Below are positions 8,813 through 19,335 of a DNA stretch of 64,000 nt, one piece after another. Positions within the stretch are counted from its first letter, which is position 1; every line of letters begins with the position of its first letter. The DNA lies in sequence record MH460460.1; one strand, given 5' to 3'. The notes under the pieces were generated by a model, which was not told the DNA's origin, searched no databases, and saw nothing but the letters and a program-made list of their open reading frames with translations. The translations under genes and the position numbers were made by a program.

Positions 8813-11800
8813 TTCATCGCAAGCCTCTTCATCGCACGGCCTAGCTTTTTAGAACTGATTTTGATTTTCTCTTTGACTGGAACTTCTGCTTTCGCTTGAG
8901 ATTTCTTCCACTCTTCGAGAAGTTTAAGGTTTTCAGGAATCTCTTTTTTCCATTTCTCAATGTTTTTCGTATCCTCATTGGTCAACGGACATTTCTTTGG
9001 CTTACTGCGCATTTCAATATCGTTCGCCCATATCTGTTTTTGCATCCACGTAGACATGAGGTGATATTGATCGTTCATGATGCTGTCGAGAGTTTTCTTA
9101 ACATCAAGATCTTTCTCGCCGAGTTCATCACGTTTGATTTCCAGACCTTTCTCCAGAATATCAAACAGCGCCTGATAGCTGAAATCCCAACCCTTAACAT
9201 CTTTTTCCGTTGCACCGATTTCAAAGTCGATTTCCGGAATGGATGTGAATTCAAAACCTTCGTGACGTTTCTGAACTACTTCAACTACTGCGCTTGTCAT
9301 CGCACGTTCAATCATATCCAGTGCAAGGAAGAACCAATCGTAATGACAGTCAACGGTTAAGGAGTCATGCACCGAAACGTTGAGAACGAAATCAGGATAC
9401 ACGCCGTTCGCTTCCCAATATTCGTACTTCATGCGATCAAGAATTCGAATAGCACTCATCATCAAGTCAGAACCAAAACCCTGAACAGGTGAGTTTACTG
9501 CGCGACGATCACACGACGCATAAACGTTATCCGCATCGCTATGCTGTTTAGGCAGCATGAATCCCCACAAGTGGCGGCGACGACCGACCGGAGATTCCAC
9601 GAAAAAGTTTTTGTGCGCGAATCGTTTGATTGCATCGAACCATTTCAGACCAACCGGGAAACGTTTAAGGAACTTGCCTTTGATTTCCACGATCTCATCA
9701 ACTTCGCGTCCGGTACTCTTCGCCAGACCTTTATCCCCTTGCTGATAAATCAGACCAAAGATAACTGTCTTAACTGCGTTACGAATTGATTTCGTAACTT
9801 CCATGATATCAATACCAAAGAAGTATGCAGCGTTGATTTTATGAACGTCACCTTCAACTTCGATTCGGTGTGCAATCCATTTATCCGGAACAGTACGATA
9901 ACGACGACGCAATATCGCGCCCTGTTCAAATACATCAGCAACACCCTGATCGCCAGATATAATTGACCAGCCGCGAACTTCGTGCGCAGAGTAGTCCACC
10001 TTAATGAGCATACGATTTTTACGCGCAATCAAAATACGCTTAATCAGTTTACCCATTTCAGAACGACTAGGTACTTGCTGCAAGTTTGGATCTTTCGCAG
10101 AAGTACGTCCGGTTACAACTCCGAGATAACCATATGACGGACGAATTGATCTGTCATGTTTGAAGTCATCGCTTTCGCCCCACAATTTAAGCAGGCTGTT
10201 AACGTAAGCGTTTCGGAGTTTGTACGCCTTATTAAGTTTCGTGAACAGCGCAACCATCGGATTATCAGCGTATGCTGCTTGGAAATCTTTATCCAGTTTA
10301 CCAAATGGTTTTCCGTTCGGACGAATCTTGTCGCTCTCCTTCAACGGCTTGAGTTTCATCACGTCGAAGAAAAGAATCTGCTTGTGCTCTTGCGAACTCA
10401 AATCAAATTTTTGAACATGCACTTCGCCCATCAATCCAAACTTCGGAATGTTGGAATCCTTCAAAATGATTTTGTTTGCTTTCGCTACTTCCGGACTGTC
10501 TAAGAATTCACGCTCAACGTTTTTGATTTCTTGGTTGATTGGACTGTTCGGAAGATTCAGTTTAAACAGATAATCAATGTCAGCGCCTGCGCCTGTACTT
10601 TCCAGAATACTAAACGCATGGATCTGATCGCTAATCTGTTGACTGACCATCGACTCATATTTGTCGTAGCCGATATCTTTCGCACGTTGAATTTGTTTCT
10701 CATGAATCAAGAACGGAATGATAACGTCAGCGCCTGCGTATTCCTGAACCTGTTCATCAAGATCTACGTCAGCAATTGTTGCACGTTGCGCTTTACCAAA
10801 CGCAAGATCCAAATACAACTCACAACCGTATTGCATCGTGAGGTTAGCTAAGTTGTAATAACCTTTGCCTGTTACCAGTTGGAGTGATTTCGCATTCTCA
10901 TCGAAAGCAAACTCACCCGCCTGAACATCCCACACATCAGATTTAAAACTGCGTACACCGAAGTTACTACGGATAACGTTTAAGTCGAACTTTGCGTTAG
11001 CGTAGATCTGATATTTGTTTTCGTTCTTCTCGAAGTAATCACGGAAGTCGCGCGAAATCTTTTTCAATTCTTTTGGACTGAAAGGACTGTCGCGATGGAA
11101 CACCGGAATCACATACGCCGTCTTGCCGTCCATACAAAACTGAACAGTAAGAACTTTGTTTACGATGCGATTAAGGTTTTCCGTTTCGGTATCCACTGCA
11201 ACCTTTTCGGCTACAGCCAATTCCTTCATCAGCTTTTTAAACTTGCTGTACTTCGTGATGTACTTGAGATTCCAGTTACGATCTTTTCCGCTCGTTACTT
11301 TACGAATCTTGTACGGCATTTCACAATCGTTGAACCACGGCAACATCCAACGCGCCATGTAACCCAACGTGTAACTGGTTCCCACAATACTACGTGGATG
11401 CAGAACGCTGTTATAACTTACGTTCGGCAGATGTTTAAATTTGTGCGATACTCCATTCATTTTTATTCGTGAAGGAATGATCACACCGTACCAGTTACTG
11501 ATATCACCTTTCGCATCATACGCACGCTGAATCTTTTCTTTGTTCAAACAGTGGAACGGTGCGCTACCAAAAGTCAAAACGATTTCTGGTTTGTACTCAA
11601 CGATGATTTCTTTGATACGTTTACCAAACGCTTCTTCGGCGTCTGCTTTATACTGATCTGACTTGTCGTAAGTTTTAAACATGTTGAAACTAACAACAAG
11701 GAAGTTCCAATCGTCAAGCGTAGTTTTTAACGGGAACGTATCTTCCAGATACTGAATCTGATTCAAAAATGTTTGACCAGTTACACCGCTAAAAATCTTT

Positions 11801-11964
11801 CCGTTTTCCAGATCTTCGGAAGGCATATGGTCAACAACAATCAGGGCTTTGCGTGCAGACTTTTTATCGGCGACACCTTTAAGGACACGGACGAAATCAT
11901 ACGTCTGTTGATCCTCGAATTCCTTCGGTGCGTCATAGTCGAGAGTTAAATGTTTTGTTTTCAT
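8809..11964 (-). CDS. polA: Family A DNA polymerase with N-terminal UDG-like domain and 3'-5' exonuclease
   Basis: Exo I DTETE; TGRTSAKDPNLQQVP; motif A DYSAHEVR; motif B RNAVKTVIFGLIY; motif C VHDS; N-terminal UDG-like segment (IFSGVTG...LHP). The track start is TTG 11973; ATG 11964 is more likely. Confidence 0.95.
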   Translation of the reverse strand: MKTKHLTLDYDAPKEFEDQQTYDFVRVLKGVADKKSARKALIVVDHMPSEDLENGKIFSGVTGQTFLNQIQYLEDTFPLKTTLDDWNFLVVSFNMFKTYDKSDQYKADAEEAFGKRIKEIIVEYKPEIVLTFGSAPFHCLNKEKIQRAYDAKGDISNWYGVIIPSRIKMNGVSHKFKHLPNVSYNSVLHPRSIVGTSYTLGYMARWMLPWFNDCEMPYKIRKVTSGKDRNWNLKYITKYSKFKKLMKELAVAEKVAVDTETENLNRIVNKVLTVQFCMDGKTAYVIPVFHRDSPFSPKELKKISRDFRDYFEKNENKYQIYANAKFDLNVIRSNFGVRSFKSDVWDVQAGEFAFDENAKSLQLVTGKGYYNLANLTMQYGCELYLDLAFGKAQRATIADVDLDEQVQEYAGADVIIPFLIHEKQIQRAKDIGYDKYESMVSQQISDQIHAFSILESTGAGADIDYLFKLNLPNSPINQEIKNVEREFLDSPEVAKANKIILKDSNIPKFGLMGEVHVQKFDLSSQEHKQILFFDVMKLKPLKESDKIRPNGKPFGKLDKDFQAAYADNPMVALFTKLNKAYKLRNAYVNSLLKLWGESDDFKHDRSIRPSYGYLGVVTGRTSAKDPNLQQVPSRSEMGKLIKRILIARKNRMLIKVDYSAHEVRGWSIISGDQGVADVFEQGAILRRRYRTVPDKWIAHRIEVEGDVHKINAAYFFGIDIMEVTKSIRNAVKTVIFGLIYQQGDKGLAKSTGREVDEIVEIKGKFLKRFPVGLKWFDAIKRFAHKNFFVESPVGRRRHLWGFMLPKQHSDADNVYASCDRRAVNSPVQGFGSDLMMSAIRILDRMKYEYWEANGVYPDFVLNVSVHDSLTVDCHYDWFFLALDMIERAMTSAVVEVVQKRHEGFEFTSIPEIDFEIGATEKDVKGWDFSYQALFDILEKGLEIKRDELGEKDLDVKKTLDSIMNDQYHLMSTWMQKQIWANDIEMRSKPKKCPLTNEDTKNIEKWKKEIPENLKLLEEWKKSQAKAEVPVKEKIKISSKKLGRAMKRLAMK

Positions 11965-12028
11965 ATCGCCCAATGGTCAAATAGACAATCACCCTAGTTA
12001 TTTACAGATTTCCAGACCAACTTAAAAT

Positions 12029-12053
12029 GAAAAAGGGGCGCAAAATGCACCCC
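12029..12053 (-). terminator. Rho-independent terminator
   Basis: Minus strand GGGTGCA-TTT-TGCGCCC followed by a U-run. Confidence 0.7.
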
Positions 12054-12059
12054 AATTTG

Positions 12060-12377
12060 TTAGGCAAAGCCTTTCGGAATTTTCACTTTCGCTACCACTT
12101 CAACGGCCTGCAAAAGAGTTTTCGCTTTGAGCAAAAGTTTCAGTGTCGCCACATTCTTTTTGCCTCCAGCACTAGCGCCATATTTGACAGTAGCTTCTTC
12201 GCTTTTTAAAACATCCAGAACGTGCGAAAGTTTCGAGGTATCAAGCTCTTTAGCTTTAACCAAAGTTTCGATACTGGATAGCAGAGACTCACCACGCGCA
12301 CCAAAAAGAATTTTGGCATTCGAGGACTGACTCTTTGTTGCCGAAACTGAATCAACCTTTAAGGAAATCGTCGTCAT
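12060..12377 (-). CDS. Small basic hypothetical protein
   Basis: 105-aa K-rich ORF with RBS. Confidence 0.65.
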   Translation of the reverse strand: MTTISLKVDSVSATKSQSSNAKILFGARGESLLSSIETLVKAKELDTSKLSHVLDVLKSEEATVKYGASAGGKKNVATLKLLLKAKTLLQAVEVVAKVKIPKGFA

Positions 12378-12379
12378 AC

Positions 12380-12934
12380 TTATTTCCTCTTCTGTTGAGT
12401 CCAGTCACGTTTCTGGTTTTGATTCTGAACAGGTTTTACTTCTTCAACCGGAGAAGAATTTTCTTCCTCTTCTTCCTGTTCGGTTTCAATTTCCGGTTCA
12501 GGTTCCGCAGGTTTCTCTTCCGGTTTAACGTCAATCGGCGCTTCGATGTGAGAAGAAACCACAGGCGCAGGCGCATCAGCAATTTTAGCCATAGGCTTTG
12601 CTTGAACTTCCGGAACAGAAAAATGTTCGTCCAGATGTGCGCGAGTAATCAGATTGCCCTTATCAGCCAGAATTTTTTCTTTCTCTTCTGCCGACATTTT
12701 CATGCAGGCGATTTCCAAAGTTTTCCCGCGCATATACGTTAAACCTTTCGGCAAACGATCACGACCAGTAAAGGGCAGACCGTTCGACGGAACAGCGGGT
12801 TCGAAACTATCATCGAATTCCCACTGGCGTTTTGCCGCGATACACTTTGGCCCCCACACGCCATCACACACGCCATCGTACCAGCCGAGGAATGTCATGA
12901 TAACCTGAATCTGTTGATAGAAATCACTGAGCAT
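12380..12934 (-). CDS. Peptidoglycan-binding (PG_binding_1-like) domain protein with acidic/Pro-rich tail
   Basis: QIQVIMTFLGWYDGVCDGVWGPKCIAA matches the LGyy.g..DG.fG..T..A pattern. Confidence 0.7.
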   Translation of the reverse strand: MLSDFYQQIQVIMTFLGWYDGVCDGVWGPKCIAAKRQWEFDDSFEPAVPSNGLPFTGRDRLPKGLTYMRGKTLEIACMKMSAEEKEKILADKGNLITRAHLDEHFSVPEVQAKPMAKIADAPAPVVSSHIEAPIDVKPEEKPAEPEPEIETEQEEEEENSSPVEEVKPVQNQNQKRDWTQQKRK

Positions 12935-12947
12935 AAATTTCTCCTGA

Positions 12948-12970
12948 AAGAAAAGGAGGCCGAAGCCTCC
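12948..12970 (-). terminator. Rho-independent terminator
   Basis: GGAGGC-TTCG-GCCTCC plus U-run. Confidence 0.85.
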
Positions 12971-12977
12971 CTAACTT

Positions 12978-15900
12978 TTACGCGGATTTAGATTTGTCTT
13001 TTGTCGCCTTGATTTTATCAAGAGCAGCAACGCATTTCTTCAAGTTCGAAACAGTGTAACCTGCTTTGATGATCTTGTTGATTTTCGCTTTTGCTTTTGC
13101 GACGGACGGTAAGAAACCGATCCACATACCATCAGCTTTCTCGAACGTACCAAACTTACGAGTGTTTGGAATTTTCTTGCCAGCAAATTTGGTAGCCATC
13201 GGGTTCGTTGCAACGTCGATCATGATGCGCAGACGATCTTCCATTACCATCGGATAAGCCTTAACGTGTTTCTTATCGGACGCAGCGCGGTGACGTACAA
13301 GGAAGAACTGACGAAGTTCTGATTGCAATTTCACTGCCTGTTTCTGATTGAAACTCATGCGGCCTGTCGAAGCGAATACGTCGAGAACATATTCCAAACG
13401 TTTTGCTGTCGCGTTGTCGAATTCGTATTTCTTCTCGATGAAATCCAAGAATTTCTCGAAGTCTTCGTAGTAATAGAAATCCACGTAGACATAAGAACCG
13501 AACTCCACAAACTCTTGCTCTTTCAGCATTTTCGTATCCGGATCGGTAACGTCAGCATACAGAGCAATGAATCCGTTATACACGGTAGGCGTTAAGGTGA
13601 AAGCCATATCGGTTTTCGATTCCTTAACAGCTTCGCGAACAGAAATCGTTGCAGGCTTAACTTTGTTATCCAGCGGTTTCAGCGGTTTCGGTGCAGGACG
13701 AACCTTGCCAGCCGCTTCTTTCACGCCTTCATTGATCGGCTTATCTGCGCGTTTGTTTTCCGCACGTTTATTCTGGCGAGCAGCTTCACGTTCGATTTTC
13801 GGCAGACGCTCACGCGTAGCTTCTTTATCTTGCGTTTCTTTCTCATCCTGAATCTGATCTTTCGCACGCTTGTTGTTAGACATGCGCTCAACGCGTTTAC
13901 GATCAGTTTCCGTCGCCCACGGTTTGTTAGTCTTGAAAAATTCTTCAAGCTGTTTATCCGTTACTTTGGTTGCGACGTGAATTTTCGCAGCGGAAATAGT
14001 CATCAACTCATCGGTGCCGTGGAGACGAACACGCACGGTACTGATTGGATCATCAGCACGCAGGCGAGTTGTTCCCGGTTCATTACGAACCGAAATACCC
14101 ACGATTTGACCGTTGCCGAATTCTGTTACAACTGGCATCAGATACAATGCGCGTTTCAGAATTTCACCGTCGATAAACTCATTCTCTTTCGTCCAGTCAC
14201 GCAGACGAGTTAAACCATAGCCGTGGCGATCCGGAATCTTTTGGTTGTTCACAATCGGGCACTGTTCCATGATACCAAAACCACGGAGCGGTTCAGCAGG
14301 AGTAAGCGGAATCATCTGCGCAACCGTAGTTTTACGCATATCAGCAAACTCTTTTTGTTCGATTGAGTTCAACTCTGCTTTCGCAGCGAAGTAATCTTCG
14401 AAATCTTCCATTTCGTTATTGGCGATCAGAAGTTCCGCGTTCATACGAATCGGACGCAAATCATATTTGTCCAGAGGCTCGTAAAGTTCGTTGCCTTTTT
14501 CGTCGAACTGCGTTTTCTGCAAAGTCTTCCACATCAAGCGAGCGACTTTACCTACTTCCAAAGTTTTGTTCGTCATGATCCAGTCGATGAACACAACTTC
14601 ACGCGCCATATCACCCGGCTTGCCGTTTTCGTCCAGAACAGCAGCAGAAACATCAGGACGGAAAATACGTGCAGTGGATTGATCGTAAACACCCGGCGAC
14701 CACGGAGTATCGCAACGAATGATACGGCTACCCATCTGCATGTTGTGGCCTTCGGAGATCGCTTGCTCGTTCGCAATCAGAATCTGAATCGTCGGATCAG
14801 TTTTGAATGCGTCGAGGTTTGCGCCTTTGTCCTGACCAAGTTTGCTAACTTCACCGTGATAAAGTACAGCAATCTTTTTGTAGTTAGGAGGCAACGCGTT
14901 ATAGATTGCGTTTGCAGAACGTGTGTAACGAGTAAACACGATCAGCTTACCAACTTTCTCTTCTTTCCAGTAGTCCGGATCTTGCGGAGGTGGAACCATT
15001 GACGGAGGAAGATCCGCACGCCCATAACCATCGCTATGTTTACGCGCCAGATATTTTTTGCCATCGTAAACTGCGATATCCAATTCACGCGGCTCTACGC
15101 CCGGTTTCCATTCAAAGATCTGGTGAGTACGGTTCGCAGGATCACGCTGCGCCTGAACTTCGAAGTGTTGTTTGATGCGATCAATAATCGTCGTTACTTT
15201 TACGGACACAAAGTTTTTCACTCCGGCCTGTTCGAAAGTTTCGCGAGCGATATCATCACCCATCGGATCGGTAAGCATCATTTCCATGCGCTGAAAATAC
15301 ACGTTCAACTCAACGTTGTTCGCCAGCAAGGAACCTAATACATCACCTTCCTCTTCGTTGTTATCTTCCGGATCGATATCTGGATTCGAATCGTTTTCGT
15401 CAGCGCTACCGCCTTCGTCATCGTCCGAGTTACCGCCTTTCTTCTTCGCGTTTTCCGCAGCTTCGTTAAGCATGTCGAAAAGTTGCTGATACATCGCATC
15501 GTAAACTTGTTTGTGCAAGTCTGAATGCGGAACAGAAGAATCGTCGATATTTACCGGGAAGAAAGTATCAATCGGCGACGGCAGCATAAACGCCCAATGC
15601 TTACGTTTATAAGCAATGAATGCGGTGTGGTTAGACAAACGAGAATGCGCACGACGAATCGCGGCAAGTTCGCCATCACCTTTATCCAGCGTATCGAGAT
15701 CGCTACCGAAAATTGTCGGAGACATTAACGCAGCCTGACCTACAACGTCAGTCACGATATCAGTTACCAACGTACCAGTTGCGATACGCGCATAGCGAAC
15801 AGAAGGAACAGTGAATACAGCTTTCGTATTCAAGTGAACCGCAGAACCGCCAGCCATGTTTTTCGCTTTGTGACTTTCATCGAGCAGCACGTAACTAAAG

Positions 15901-18812
15901 TTGAAACGTTTTACGAATTCAACCGCGCCACGAATACGAACACGCACGCCGCCAATATCAACGTCAAGCGTACCCGTTGACAGGAAAGAAAGACCAGCAA
16001 CAAAGATCGTGTTTTTCGGTGCCTGCATGATTACGTCATAGAGACGTTCTTGCGTCCACACGCCGACTGTATCGGAAGTGATCGGCACTGCGTTCCAACC
16101 ATCGGCAATTTTGTGCAGGTCATCGCACCAGTTTGCAACGAGGTTTGTCGGACACAAAATCAACGGACGAATTTGTTCCTGTCCGAGATCCTCAAGCTCT
16201 TTCATCATACAGCCGATATCAGTCAGACCGATAATCGTTTTACCACCACCCGGCGCAATAAAGATCGTTGCGTAACGAGGACGGCGACGCAGAGTTTGGT
16301 GTGCGCCCAATTGGTGAGGCATTAACGCTGTACCCTGTTTCAATCCGGGGAATTGAATATTTTCCGCAGTGATAGAGGTATCAGGTTTCAGTTTTTCAAC
16401 TTCTTCTTCCGCAGCAGAGAAAATTTCCAATGCGTTTGGAGCGCAACGTGCGTAGATAGTTGCGAACGGCAGCGTCACATGTTGCAGACGGTTACTGTTC
16501 GGCGCGTCGGCAGATTCAGCCAGCAGCGCATAAAGTTTTTTGCGATCATATTTCAGAATCGCTTCGCACGCTTCACGGAAAATTGCGCCGCCGAGGTAGT
16601 TAACCAGACGACCCATATCCGCAAGTTTTGCTTCGGTTCCGATTTTGAAATAATGCGGATCTTCTTCCATCGCTTCGGCAGCGGCGGCAATCGAACCAGT
16701 TTCATTAATCAGAGTTGCGAGCAGGTTACTTCCGCGCAGGCCAGCAGCATCGTTAAGAGTACGAACCATGATGCGGAACAACGCACGATCAATCAGAATG
16801 TTTTCGTTAACGGAAAGATCGTTTTCGACAATGCCGTTATACAATCCGCGATCATAGTTGGAATCTGCGAGGTTAGAACCTTCATCATATCCCAAAGAGG
16901 CAGCAGCGTTTTTAACGAGCGCAGACAGTTTCGGCATCTTACCGACGCGTGCCATGTAGCCGTATGTTGCGCAGATATCAGCAACCAATTTCAAAAGCTG
17001 TTCGGTGCCGCTATTGCTCGCGCCGTTGATCGTGATCGAAGTTGAAGACGAACCGCTAATGATTTTTCCGGAAGCGGCTTCCATAGAACCGGAATCCGAG
17101 AACAGAATGTTCGCAGCGGTGTGACCTTCTGACGCAGACGTTGAAAGCAAACGAACGATTTCCGCAGCGCTACGGAAGTTCGGAGACTCGCCCGGTTCGG
17201 CAAAATCAAAACCGAGAATATCCGCAGTGTCGAGAGCCGTTGGCGCTTTCGCACCGATGATACGCGAACTTGCAATACCGATACTCTGACTTGCAGAGCG
17301 AACGATAGTTGCGAAATCCGGATCAACGCCCAAACAAATGCCGCGATATTTTGCCAGCGAGTTTGCACGGTCTTGCGTTGTGCGGTCGATATCCAGATCA
17401 TTTTCTTTTACGGAGAAAACATCGGAACGTAACGTGTTGTGAGATTCACTGAACGGAATACCTTTTTCATACAGGTCTTCCAGCACGCTGTTAAATTCAC
17501 TTTCGAATTTCGCAACGGTATCCAGATCGATATCTTCACGCTTAGGCAGAACCGCAGGCATACCATTCGGCATCATCGTCAGACCATTTTCATCTGACTG
17601 AGTATCAGTTACCTGATAGCCACACTCTTTGCGCACATCCTGCAAACGAGGAATCGAAGTTGCAGAAGTAACGTAACGAGGAATCTGCGAAATTTTCGTG
17701 TAGAGACGAATCGCACCAGTTGTACCTTTTTTCTTTTTGGTACGCCCTGCCGTCATGTAGTAGCTGGCCCAGCCAGAATACCAACGATAAAGGCAAAGAG
17801 TTTTCAGTGCGCTATCGCCTTGTGAAATGTATTCCACAAATTCTTTACGCAGAGAAAGAATCAGGCCGGATTCAATTTCAACACTGAGCGCGTGTGCAAC
17901 CGGGTTAACGTCTACGTCACCCTGATCAGCACGCATGTTCTGCAACTGGCGATAAGTGATCTGGCGAGACGGCATCGCACGCAGACCAATCGACATAAAG
18001 TTAGTAGCAGCTTTCACCAACTTCGTATCAACGTCGCGGAAAATTTCAACGCCAACTTGTGCCATCAACGGATGAATTGCATCGAAGATCGCATTCAGTT
18101 GTGACCATTTGAAATTCAGCGGAATTGTGTGAAGATCGGTATCGAACATCGCACGACCGACTGGACGTTTCTTTCCGAAAATCGCTTCATACAATTGTTG
18201 AGCAGCACGCAACGCACCCTGCGCAATTTCCGCAGAATAAATTCGCGTGTTATTGCTTTCGAATGCTTCGTCCTGTTTGCTGTCAATCAGATTGAGCGGA
18301 GGACGGCGCATGATCACAAAATTCCCGCTTTGAGCGAGATCGCTGTTACCTGACGGAATACCTGAGTTAACGATATCGCTACCGCCAGCAAAACGCTTAG
18401 ATGGGCGAATTGTCAGACCGGAAGGATACTGTAAGTTTTGCGCCAGTTTTTCCATCGTTGCGGAAGAAGGACTCGCAACAATAGATTCGATTGTTGAAAT
18501 ACCATCAGCCAACATGCGGCGAACTTCCGCAACAAACTGATCAGGTTCAACATCGATCATATCTTCAAAATCAGCGCCGCGTGCAACCAATACTTGAAGA
18601 ACGTTGAAGGCCAATTGAGTGCGAGCGCAATATTCCGACGCCAGCAAACCAAGTTGTGCGAAAACTTTTTTGTTTGCAGCGGAAACGTATAGCTCTTTAT
18701 ATTTCTCTTCGTCGGACGCCGACAATTCGTGAATGCTTAACGTCTTATTGACGGCATCGACGAGTTGCGTAGAACCGGACGGTTGTGCAGCAGAAGTGCT
18801 AAAAATTTGCAT
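12978..18812 (-). CDS. Giant SNF2-family helicase/translocase (1944 aa) with large unknown N- and C-terminal regions
   Basis: LMPHQ, APGGGKT, LDESH, IATGT, ISEGHN, QSTARIFRP motifs. Confidence 0.85.
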   Translation of the reverse strand: MQIFSTSAAQPSGSTQLVDAVNKTLSIHELSASDEEKYKELYVSAANKKVFAQLGLLASEYCARTQLAFNVLQVLVARGADFEDMIDVEPDQFVAEVRRMLADGISTIESIVASPSSATMEKLAQNLQYPSGLTIRPSKRFAGGSDIVNSGIPSGNSDLAQSGNFVIMRRPPLNLIDSKQDEAFESNNTRIYSAEIAQGALRAAQQLYEAIFGKKRPVGRAMFDTDLHTIPLNFKWSQLNAIFDAIHPLMAQVGVEIFRDVDTKLVKAATNFMSIGLRAMPSRQITYRQLQNMRADQGDVDVNPVAHALSVEIESGLILSLRKEFVEYISQGDSALKTLCLYRWYSGWASYYMTAGRTKKKKGTTGAIRLYTKISQIPRYVTSATSIPRLQDVRKECGYQVTDTQSDENGLTMMPNGMPAVLPKREDIDLDTVAKFESEFNSVLEDLYEKGIPFSESHNTLRSDVFSVKENDLDIDRTTQDRANSLAKYRGICLGVDPDFATIVRSASQSIGIASSRIIGAKAPTALDTADILGFDFAEPGESPNFRSAAEIVRLLSTSASEGHTAANILFSDSGSMEAASGKIISGSSSTSITINGASNSGTEQLLKLVADICATYGYMARVGKMPKLSALVKNAAASLGYDEGSNLADSNYDRGLYNGIVENDLSVNENILIDRALFRIMVRTLNDAAGLRGSNLLATLINETGSIAAAAEAMEEDPHYFKIGTEAKLADMGRLVNYLGGAIFREACEAILKYDRKKLYALLAESADAPNSNRLQHVTLPFATIYARCAPNALEIFSAAEEEVEKLKPDTSITAENIQFPGLKQGTALMPHQLGAHQTLRRRPRYATIFIAPGGGKTIIGLTDIGCMMKELEDLGQEQIRPLILCPTNLVANWCDDLHKIADGWNAVPITSDTVGVWTQERLYDVIMQAPKNTIFVAGLSFLSTGTLDVDIGGVRVRIRGAVEFVKRFNFSYVLLDESHKAKNMAGGSAVHLNTKAVFTVPSVRYARIATGTLVTDIVTDVVGQAALMSPTIFGSDLDTLDKGDGELAAIRRAHSRLSNHTAFIAYKRKHWAFMLPSPIDTFFPVNIDDSSVPHSDLHKQVYDAMYQQLFDMLNEAAENAKKKGGNSDDDEGGSADENDSNPDIDPEDNNEEEGDVLGSLLANNVELNVYFQRMEMMLTDPMGDDIARETFEQAGVKNFVSVKVTTIIDRIKQHFEVQAQRDPANRTHQIFEWKPGVEPRELDIAVYDGKKYLARKHSDGYGRADLPPSMVPPPQDPDYWKEEKVGKLIVFTRYTRSANAIYNALPPNYKKIAVLYHGEVSKLGQDKGANLDAFKTDPTIQILIANEQAISEGHNMQMGSRIIRCDTPWSPGVYDQSTARIFRPDVSAAVLDENGKPGDMAREVVFIDWIMTNKTLEVGKVARLMWKTLQKTQFDEKGNELYEPLDKYDLRPIRMNAELLIANNEMEDFEDYFAAKAELNSIEQKEFADMRKTTVAQMIPLTPAEPLRGFGIMEQCPIVNNQKIPDRHGYGLTRLRDWTKENEFIDGEILKRALYLMPVVTEFGNGQIVGISVRNEPGTTRLRADDPISTVRVRLHGTDELMTISAAKIHVATKVTDKQLEEFFKTNKPWATETDRKRVERMSNNKRAKDQIQDEKETQDKEATRERLPKIEREAARQNKRAENKRADKPINEGVKEAAGKVRPAPKPLKPLDNKVKPATISVREAVKESKTDMAFTLTPTVYNGFIALYADVTDPDTKMLKEQEFVEFGSYVYVDFYYYEDFEKFLDFIEKKYEFDNATAKRLEYVLDVFASTGRMSFNQKQAVKLQSELRQFFLVRHRAASDKKHVKAYPMVMEDRLRIMIDVATNPMATKFAGKKIPNTRKFGTFEKADGMWIGFLPSVAKAKAKINKIIKAGYTVSNLKKCVAALDKIKATKDKSKSA

Positions 18813-18822
18813 CTTTTATTCC

Positions 18823-19323
18823 CTACAGTTTCCCGCTATTGTTGAGAATGGTGCGCCAGATATACGGCTTATTTACAATTTTGCGATCCGTTGCCAAATC
18901 GTCGAGCACCATCGCTAAAGCCAAACGTTCTGCATCAGAGCCGCAGGCAACAAACGGATCTTTCAAATCATAGGAAAGCAGTTCTGCATTCGTTTTGAGA
19001 GAAAGAGTTTCCTGATAGTGAGCGATATGATCTGCGAGAGACAGATCATGATCACCCTCAACTTCGGAAGCAGATTTAATTGCCACCAAAATTCGTGAAG
19101 TGCTGGAGAGAATTGCCAGCAAATCTTCTTGCGTGAATGCCACTTTGCTGTCAATCACACCCATTTCCATGAGTTGAATAACAGCATCAGGAAGAACAAT
19201 CGGAGGAAGATCTGCCGAAACAGATTCCTGAATGTTCCCGGCAATCACACTATAACTTCTGTTCGAGCGAGCCAACTCGCCTAACAGATTGCGCAGTGTG
19301 GATTGAAAGTCTTTATGAGACAC
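18823..19323 (-). CDS. Hypothetical protein
   Basis: 166-aa ORF, RBS AGGAGA. Confidence 0.65.
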   Translation of the reverse strand: MSHKDFQSTLRNLLGELARSNRSYSVIAGNIQESVSADLPPIVLPDAVIQLMEMGVIDSKVAFTQEDLLAILSSTSRILVAIKSASEVEGDHDLSLADHIAHYQETLSLKTNAELLSYDLKDPFVACGSDAERLALAMVLDDLATDRKIVNKPYIWRTILNNSGKL

Positions 19324-19335
19324 AGTGAAATTCTC

